Shown: positions 15,109 to 22,326 of the stretch, piece by piece
Position numbering within the stretch: position 1 is the first letter of the stretch
Layout of the letters: every line of letters starts with the position of its first letter
Source: a virus
Taxonomy: Duplodnaviria; Caudoviricetes
IMG/VR virus record: IMGVR_UViG_3300035158_000372
Location: 1-24,667 of that record
Reading direction: 5' to 3' (one strand)
Length of the DNA stretch: 24,667 bases
Translations under genes and position numbers: made by a program
The notes under the pieces: model-generated
Databases searched by the model: none
Told to the model about the DNA's origin: nothing
Seen by the model: the letters and a program-made list of their open reading frames with translations, nothing else

Positions 15109-18100
15109 ATGAGCGATACATGGCTTCCCCTTCCCGACGATTTGACACCGGTGGATCCGCGCACCATCAACGTACCTTCTCGGGGAACATGGCAACAGAT
15201 GGAACTGCCTTCAAAGCTGACTCCCCTGCGCATTCCCACCATGGAAGAGTTCGATCAGCATTTGCGGGATTCTTTTGAGCCCGATGTGATAGAGGAGTTT
15301 GACCGACAGGTGGAAGAGTTGGCTGCCGCTTCTGAGAATCCGGACGAGGAAAGGGCAAAGATCTACAACTCCCTGATGCTCTCTTTAATTACCGGTGAAA
15401 AACCTGACAGGATCTATGGCACCCATGATGCGCTGGTACGATTCTGGTCAGGTGGTAAACAGGAGAACGCCACATCTTTCGGCAAGCAACTGGCTGATAG
15501 CATTACCTCTTCTCTGATGCCAGGGCGGGCAATGCCCCTGATCTTGCGGCAGATGTTTGGTGATGATAGCGAAGAATTGGAGAACCAGATTCGGGAGCTG
15601 GAATCCCAGGTATCCGGGGTACCCGCTGAACAGGTGGACTTTGACTTCAACCTAAAAGAGCAGTTGGTTAAGCTTCTCTTCCCGTTTACCCGTCCCGCTC
15701 TGGCGTTGCGCAAGCTTTATGCTAACGGTTTTCGCAAAGCCCGTGAAGCGATCCAAAGTGGTGCGCCTGGTGATTTTTTCAAAGACTCGGTATTGGAGGC
15801 AGCACGAATCTTCCCCATGCAGGTTCAGGCCATGCTCAAGGGCGGAGTTCCTGGTGCCGTTTTGGGTATGGGGGGTATATCTGCTGGTGGTTTGACCGCG
15901 GCATTGGCTGGTGGACCAGAAGCCGCCGCCCCTTTTATTGCTGCTATGGGACCTGCCGGGAAAGCTGGTTTTCAATTGGGTACCGTGGGATATATCGGGT
16001 TAATCGAATCTACCCAGTCTTATCGACAATTAATGAACTTGGAATGGACGGACGCTGATGGCAGTGTTCAAAAGATTGATAAGAGCTATGCCGTGGCCAC
16101 CTCTCTGGCCGTTGGGGTGGTCAACTCACTGATTGAATATGCCCAGATCCGTACCATCATGAGCGGGATTCCCGGGGCAGAAAAACTCTTCCAGGGTGTT
16201 GCTCGTAAGGCTACAGCAAAGGTCTTGGCCGACCAGTCTCTCAAGAGAATGGTGCTTGGTGTATTGGCTAAGGGGGGCGCCAAGTATGCCGGTAGTGTAG
16301 CTTCGAATGTGGCAGAGGAAATGTCTCAGGAAGCCGTGACCATGATCTTTGCCGAGATCACCAAAGAGATCAATAACGCGGTGAAAGGTACCGAGTTTGA
16401 GCACGAATGGAAGAACATCATCCCCCAGATGTTAGCAGTTGGAAAGGCTACTGCTAAGGGCTTTGCTCTTCTCTCCGTGTTCGGTAACACCATCCAAACT
16501 GCGGCTAATCTCAAGACCGTGGTGGAGGGGAAGGTCAACTATGACGCGGCAATCGCGAAGCTGCAACAATCCATTCCGGATCTGACCGCTGCGGAAGCCC
16601 GGGATGTATTGGTGAAACATGAACAGATGCGCCAGGAGCAGACAAAACGTACTCAGAAGATGCTTTCTGAGGGACGGGCAGTGGAGGGGGAATCTCGGCG
16701 TAAGCACATTCCAGTTCCGGAAGCTGCCGAGGGAGAACCGTTAACACAACGTGGTGAGTCCGCCGTTGTCGAACGAAAAGCCGCAGAAGCTCAAGTCGCC
16801 GAACCTACGATCGCTTTTCGGGAAGTGACCCCAGAAGAGTTTGTAAAGTTCCGCGATCAGATCGCGCCCGAGCGTAAACCATTCATTACCTTGTATACAC
16901 CCGAAGAGCTGAGAGGACCTGACTGGGAAGGATCGCGGTTTTTTGTCTCCGAACAACGGGACGGATTGGTTGGATACGCGATTTCACCTACTGGAGAGCT
17001 GTTCAATCTGTTCAACAATTCCGGTGTTCGGGGTCTTGGTCAAGATGCGATTGTCCACGCAACACAACAGGGGGCAACTGAACTCTTTGCATTTGATACC
17101 CTGGAAGGGATGTACTCCGAGCACGGTTTCGAGACCTATAAACGCGAGCCTTGGAATCCGGAGTATGCTCCAGAGGACTGGGACTACGAGAAATATGGTA
17201 CCCCTGGCGTTGTATACATGAGGCGACCAGCCGAGACTGTTCGACCAAGGGTAGCATCCCAGATTCCGCAACGTTATCGTCACAACCCCGATCGACCGCG
17301 GACAATGCCGTCACCGGCGTATGCTGTTCAGCTGGACGACGAAACAATCTACTTTGATCCAGATGCAACTTCCCCATTAGAAACGGCCAAGAACTTGGGG
17401 ATCCCAGCCCACCGTATCAGCGGCTCGGGGGTTGTTACAAAAGCCGGTACCTACAAAGCCTACGCCCAGCAAGCCAATCCCTTCGATACCCCCAGACAGC
17501 GACTGGTTTCTAAGCTCAAACAACTACAGGCGATCAACCCACATATCAAGGATGAGCAACTTCCGTATTTTTTCAAAGCCCTCCAGGCGCAAGCCCTGGC
17601 GCGTGGACTGACTCTGGACCAAATGCTCAAAGAAGATCTGGTCGATGAAATGATCAGTACCGCAGCCATTGATGATGCCATGGCGCGGAGCAGTGAAGAG
17701 TATCTCCAAGCTGATGCGCATGACATTTTCAAAAACCTGGCTGCTCAGGAAAAGAATCCTATTTTGCCACCCGGTCGTGGTGACCAGAACAACGAGGAGC
17801 TACAAACACGGATACGCGAACGGGCCATCACGCGGGGTCTGGAGGAAATCGGGCGTGCTCTGTCCGATGGCCTGGATCTCGATCCGGCACTTAATTGGTA
17901 TCGTGGAGCGGTGGATGACATGCTGCGTGTGAGCACGGAAATGGTGCCTGAGCTGGCTAATCCAAGCAAGGCTCGCCTGTTCAAGGCGCTCTTGGCTATC
18001 ACCAGTGCCGGGACTCCGGTGCGGGAGAACTACAATTTTGCCCTTGATATTGTCCGCGAGCTATTTCGCACGGGCAAAATGCCTATCGAGGAAACCACAT

Positions 18101-21100
18101 ACCGAAGTACGTTTACCGGTGAACAGCGCACAGTTTTGGCCTTGATCGTTGGTGGTGTGGGGACTGACAAGATCGTTGGTGGACCGCAGCTCCAGAATGT
18201 GCGCTTGAACGCCGAGCGCTTGCAACAACTCCATGATGAGTTGGGTGTTGATGGAACCGTGCGGTGGTTGACAACCAAGCATGACGGTCGTGAGATCTTG
18301 GACTTTTTTGGCCTGAAACATCACGGCACGGTAACCAAAACAGGACAGCATTATGGTGCTGAGGTTTTTGGCCCCAAGATTGGTGCGTACTTCCTGAATC
18401 TGGACGGGAACCATGAAATGCTCGTAACAGACCGTTGGTTTGTGAGAACTTGGAACCGGTGGATGGGGACGATTGAGTCACCGTCGACACGGGAGGTTAC
18501 AATCCAGCGGGTACGCAACAAAACAGAACGCAGGCTCATGCAGGAGTCTATCGAGGAAATGGTGCATCAGTTGACAGAGCTTACGGGCAAGCCTTGGGGA
18601 ATCGACCAGGTTCAGGCTGCGCTCTGGTATCTGGAAAAATCGATTTACGAGAGAGCTGGACTAACCAACGAAGAAGGTGTATCATACAAGGAGATTGCCA
18701 ATGAACGCTATAGACGATATCAACAAGGCCGAGACGCTCGTAGAGATGAAGAAGCAAGGGTACTTCACGAAAGAGAACGGGCGCAAGATCTTGAAGGGGG
18801 TCAAAGAGTACAAGAAGAAGGTCGCGGAGCGCGAGAAGAAGTAGACGACGTTCCGTACTTTTTGTACCAGCTCTCACCGGTCTATCACGGCACCTACGCA
18901 AACTTTGATCAATTCAGTACAGATTTTATCGGTGAAGGGGAGGGGGCCGATTCCTTCGGTTTGGGTCTCTACTTTACCAATACACGTGAAATAGCCGAGT
19001 ATTACGCAGAGGTGACTGCCCGAAAAAAGGGTGGTAAGGGTGCCGTATATGAAGTCTCACTCGAATCCATCAACTGGATGGAGTGGTACGATTACGTTGA
19101 CAAAGATACAACACAATACCTTGCAAGAACACTCAACGTAGAGCGCGACAAGTGGGTGAAGTATGCACCGGCCCGGCGCCGGGAGCACTTTGACCGCGCC
19201 GTTGCGGCTCTCCGGAAGTATGCTGATCCTTCGTTCAAATACTCATTTACCGGCCAAGAACTATATGGGGTTCTGGAAAGCGCCTTGGGTACCAAAGAAC
19301 GCGCATCTCGTTTTCTGCTGAGCGCGGGTATCGACGGGATCCGGTATCCAGCGGACTCTCTGGCCGCGATCGAGGCCGGCGAAAAGCCAAGTTACGACTC
19401 TGGTACGAATTACGTGGTCTTTGACGCCGATCAGGTCACTATTAACAACCACCTGCTTTACAGTTCATACAAGGCCGCGGTCCAGTTCATGAAGGATGGT
19501 CGGGCGCTGATATATGCAACCCGGCACACTGACTTGTCAAGTTTGCTGCACGAAATGGCACATATTTGGCGTAGAAAAATTGTCGATCCAAGGGTGCGGG
19601 CGCGAATCTCTGAATGGGTTGGAGAAGATCTGGCCAGCTGGGACCAGTGGTCTCGCCAATCTGAGGAGAAGTTTGCCCGGGGTATGGAGCAATTTTTCGC
19701 GGAGGGTAGGGCACCCGTTCCCCAGCTGGAGGGTGTGTTTCGGAGCATGAGGCATTGGCTCAAGGGTATGGTACGATTTGTGGATGGTGTGCGTCTCCCG
19801 AAAGAAGTGCGCGAGGCTTATGACACCATGTTTACTCCACGTGATCCCGCCTCGCTTGGGGATACAGCTGCCACCTGGGAGCTGATTGAGCTGGAGCGCC
19901 AAAACCGGATTCTGTTTGATCTGCTTTCCGACGAGGACAAGAATGCCGCCGCAGGACAGTACTCACGGGATACGGGTGAAGACCTCCAGGCTGCCTACGA
20001 AGCGCAGCGGAACCTCTGGTTTGGCAACAAGGATGAACGGGTTTTTATTGCCAAAGTGGAGTCTCAGCGAGCACAAGCCCGTATCGGTGAGATTGTGCGG
20101 CGTATGGGGCATAAGAAAGATCTTAAGACCATGGCCCGGAAGTACGACGAGGCTATGCACATTTATATTGACACCAAGCGTGATCCTGGGGCGATCGAGG
20201 AATACTGGGAGTTCCTGAATCAGGCTCAGCGTGAAATTGTTACACTTTCACAGCATCTTCCGGCCGAGTTGAAAGAAATGGCTGACGAGATGGGGGAAGT
20301 GTATCTGGCGACCGGCAAGGAAGCCAAAGATCATGAAGTGATCCAGAATCTCATCAAGAACTACGTGAACCGCGCCTGGGTGCTCAGGGGTGAGGATCGC
20401 GGGGCTAAGTTCAAGACTACCACCTCACACGCACGGCACCGGAAGTTCAGGACCGTTATCGAGGGGTGGGCTCAGGGCTATGATCTGCGCTACAAGTCTG
20501 CAACCGTGGCCATGCGCGAGTATCGCCAGGAGATGATTCGCACCATCGAGGACAAGCGATTTATTAAGGCTCTATCGAGGATGCGTGATACAGAGGGCCG
20601 GCCCGTGCTATCCGATAAGCGCCTGGAAGGGTTCAGCCAAGTAGAACACCCCAACTTCAAGCTCTACAAGTACGCTGGCACAACCAAGGTTGCTTTGCTG
20701 ACCCGGAGTCTGCGCGAATACTATGAGAAAGCTAAAGAGACACGTTCAAATACCGAAGGTATCCCAGTGGCTACACCCGGCGCCGTCCGGAAGCTCGAAG
20801 AGGTGATTGTTAACTCCTTGATGATCCGTGGTTACACAGAGGGCGAGGCCCAGAATGCACTATCCAGCGTGAAACGTGCCGGCAGCAAGGACGACGTGTC
20901 TGTAATTGTCAAGGAAATCGAGAAGGTCAGCAGGGAACGTGAACACGTGATTGCCGAGTCCTTCCGCGAGGTCTTTGGCAAGAACTTTATTCTCATCTCG
21001 GATGGCACGATCCTGGAGCGTCGAGAACTGTTTGCGCCAGAAAAAATTGCTCAAAACTTGAACAATATTCTGGGACGTTCGAAGTTGGCTGACCGGCCAG

Positions 21101-22326
21101 TCGTGAGGGTGATTACCAAGTTTAATGCGATCGTGAAATCGATAATCCTGACCAGTTCTATGTTTCACCACTTTGCCTTTACGCGGTCCTATTACCTGGG
21201 GACCAACCGTAAGGCATGGAGGGAGATGAACATCTTCAAGGCCCACAAGGAAGGAAAGCGTGCAATTCAGAATCTCCAGCCAGAGATTCTCTTGGGGGTG
21301 CGCAACGGTTTGACCCTGGGCGTACTTCAAGATTGGGATGAGCAACTCGTGCTCGAACCAACGTTCTTGGATAAGTGGATGGACAAGGTAGGGTTCGCGC
21401 AGGGGTTGAGAAATGGTGTGCGCAATGCACAAAAATGGTGGGCCGATCGGTTGTTTGACAGTTTTGGTGCTGGTTTGAAAGCTAAGGCATTTCTCATCGA
21501 GTACCGTAACCAACTCAAGAAAAACCCCGGGGAGGATCCAAATGTCTTGGCTGCAAGAGTTGCCAATCTCATCAACGATGATTTTGGTGGGCTTCATCTT
21601 GGTCGCATGGGACGAAATCCAACGGCGCAACACATATTCCGGATTCTATTTCTGGCGCCCGATTGGACCGAATCAAACTTTCGAACACTTACGAAGGCTA
21701 TGGGGTTCGTGGTTCAGGATAATCTTTTTAAGCCTCAAAAACTTGGCAAGGCAGATCGCCGGCTTTATCAGGCATTTTGGGCCAAGGCGCTAATCAAAGG
21801 CATGGCTGCCACGGTGTTCCTAAACTTCATCTCTGCCGGTGGGGATCCAGAACGATTCCTTGATAACTACCGGAGAGCAGTGGAGGCCGGCAATATGCGC
21901 GTACTCGATATTGATGTTACCTGGCTCTGGAAGGCCCTTGGGGGTAAAGGCAAGAAACGGAAGTATTTCTCTTTGATTGGACACTTTAGGGATCCGATAA
22001 AATGGTTGCGATACCCGCTTAAGTCGGTACGTCACAAGTTGGCCGTAGCACCGAGTACGGGGCTGGAAGCGCTCACTAAGCAAGATTGGGCTGGCCGTGG
22101 TTTCACCACTTTTGGCGAACTCCTGAAAACGGGTGAGACTGTGGCCTGGTGGCCAGAGGGCAGGGCATATACGGATTACTCATGGCTGCCCTCATTTATA
22201 CTCAACCAGCTGGTTGGGTACACCCCAATCCAGCTCCAGAATCTGTTTGCAGCTTTGAGCGGAGAGCAGGATTGGTTTGAATCTGTGGGCAATATGGTGG
22301 GACTTGGGATTAGGAGTACATATTAA
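15109..22326 (+). CDS. Giant polyvalent internal virion/ejection protein (GNAT, HhH-glycosylase-like, ART-like and zincin domains)
   Basis: 2405 aa at the gp16 position; Gly/Ala hydrophobic N-region; GNAT-like aa ~570-706; GPK...TDRW..R/QAALW aa ~930-1184; YHGT/GLYF/GIDGI/NYVVFD aa ~1258-1447; HEMAH aa 1481-1485. Confidence 0.85.
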   Translation: MSDTWLPLPDDLTPVDPRTINVPSRGTWQQMELPSKLTPLRIPTMEEFDQHLRDSFEPDVIEEFDRQVEELAAASENPDEERAKIYNSLMLSLITGEKPDRIYGTHDALVRFWSGGKQENATSFGKQLADSITSSLMPGRAMPLILRQMFGDDSEELENQIRELESQVSGVPAEQVDFDFNLKEQLVKLLFPFTRPALALRKLYANGFRKAREAIQSGAPGDFFKDSVLEAARIFPMQVQAMLKGGVPGAVLGMGGISAGGLTAALAGGPEAAAPFIAAMGPAGKAGFQLGTVGYIGLIESTQSYRQLMNLEWTDADGSVQKIDKSYAVATSLAVGVVNSLIEYAQIRTIMSGIPGAEKLFQGVARKATAKVLADQSLKRMVLGVLAKGGAKYAGSVASNVAEEMSQEAVTMIFAEITKEINNAVKGTEFEHEWKNIIPQMLAVGKATAKGFALLSVFGNTIQTAANLKTVVEGKVNYDAAIAKLQQSIPDLTAAEARDVLVKHEQMRQEQTKRTQKMLSEGRAVEGESRRKHIPVPEAAEGEPLTQRGESAVVERKAAEAQVAEPTIAFREVTPEEFVKFRDQIAPERKPFITLYTPEELRGPDWEGSRFFVSEQRDGLVGYAISPTGELFNLFNNSGVRGLGQDAIVHATQQGATELFAFDTLEGMYSEHGFETYKREPWNPEYAPEDWDYEKYGTPGVVYMRRPAETVRPRVASQIPQRYRHNPDRPRTMPSPAYAVQLDDETIYFDPDATSPLETAKNLGIPAHRISGSGVVTKAGTYKAYAQQANPFDTPRQRLVSKLKQLQAINPHIKDEQLPYFFKALQAQALARGLTLDQMLKEDLVDEMISTAAIDDAMARSSEEYLQADAHDIFKNLAAQEKNPILPPGRGDQNNEELQTRIRERAITRGLEEIGRALSDGLDLDPALNWYRGAVDDMLRVSTEMVPELANPSKARLFKALLAITSAGTPVRENYNFALDIVRELFRTGKMPIEETTYRSTFTGEQRTVLALIVGGVGTDKIVGGPQLQNVRLNAERLQQLHDELGVDGTVRWLTTKHDGREILDFFGLKHHGTVTKTGQHYGAEVFGPKIGAYFLNLDGNHEMLVTDRWFVRTWNRWMGTIESPSTREVTIQRVRNKTERRLMQESIEEMVHQLTELTGKPWGIDQVQAALWYLEKSIYERAGLTNEEGVSYKEIANERYRRYQQGRDARRDEEARVLHERERAQDLEGGQRVQEEGRGAREEVDDVPYFLYQLSPVYHGTYANFDQFSTDFIGEGEGADSFGLGLYFTNTREIAEYYAEVTARKKGGKGAVYEVSLESINWMEWYDYVDKDTTQYLARTLNVERDKWVKYAPARRREHFDRAVAALRKYADPSFKYSFTGQELYGVLESALGTKERASRFLLSAGIDGIRYPADSLAAIEAGEKPSYDSGTNYVVFDADQVTINNHLLYSSYKAAVQFMKDGRALIYATRHTDLSSLLHEMAHIWRRKIVDPRVRARISEWVGEDLASWDQWSRQSEEKFARGMEQFFAEGRAPVPQLEGVFRSMRHWLKGMVRFVDGVRLPKEVREAYDTMFTPRDPASLGDTAATWELIELERQNRILFDLLSDEDKNAAAGQYSRDTGEDLQAAYEAQRNLWFGNKDERVFIAKVESQRAQARIGEIVRRMGHKKDLKTMARKYDEAMHIYIDTKRDPGAIEEYWEFLNQAQREIVTLSQHLPAELKEMADEMGEVYLATGKEAKDHEVIQNLIKNYVNRAWVLRGEDRGAKFKTTTSHARHRKFRTVIEGWAQGYDLRYKSATVAMREYRQEMIRTIEDKRFIKALSRMRDTEGRPVLSDKRLEGFSQVEHPNFKLYKYAGTTKVALLTRSLREYYEKAKETRSNTEGIPVATPGAVRKLEEVIVNSLMIRGYTEGEAQNALSSVKRAGSKDDVSVIVKEIEKVSREREHVIAESFREVFGKNFILISDGTILERRELFAPEKIAQNLNNILGRSKLADRPVVRVITKFNAIVKSIILTSSMFHHFAFTRSYYLGTNRKAWREMNIFKAHKEGKRAIQNLQPEILLGVRNGLTLGVLQDWDEQLVLEPTFLDKWMDKVGFAQGLRNGVRNAQKWWADRLFDSFGAGLKAKAFLIEYRNQLKKNPGEDPNVLAARVANLINDDFGGLHLGRMGRNPTAQHIFRILFLAPDWTESNFRTLTKAMGFVVQDNLFKPQKLGKADRRLYQAFWAKALIKGMAATVFLNFISAGGDPERFLDNYRRAVEAGNMRVLDIDVTWLWKALGGKGKKRKYFSLIGHFRDPIKWLRYPLKSVRHKLAVAPSTGLEALTKQDWAGRGFTTFGELLKTGETVAWWPEGRAYTDYSWLPSFILNQLVGYTPIQLQNLFAALSGEQDWFESVGNMVGLGIRSTY
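18701..18844 (+). CDS. Nested +1-frame 47-aa protein inside the giant gene (MNAIDDINKAETLVEMKKQGYFTKENGRKILKGVKEYKKKVAEREKK)
   Basis: AAGGAG 18688-18693, 7-nt spacer, ATG 18701, TAG 18842-18844; 40/47 codons end in G/C in this frame versus 10/48 in the host frame. Confidence 0.75.
   Translation: MNAIDDINKAETLVEMKKQGYFTKENGRKILKGVKEYKKKVAEREKK

Noticed and set aside
16600-17500. Search for further nested genes in the linkers flanking the GNAT domain
   Set aside because: No SD-led alternative-frame ORF with a codon-bias switch was found by eye
18581-18901. 106-aa minus-strand ORF over the nested-gene region
   Set aside because: Mirror of the purine-rich plus-strand sequence; no RBS; the +1 plus-strand ORF has the SD and codon bias
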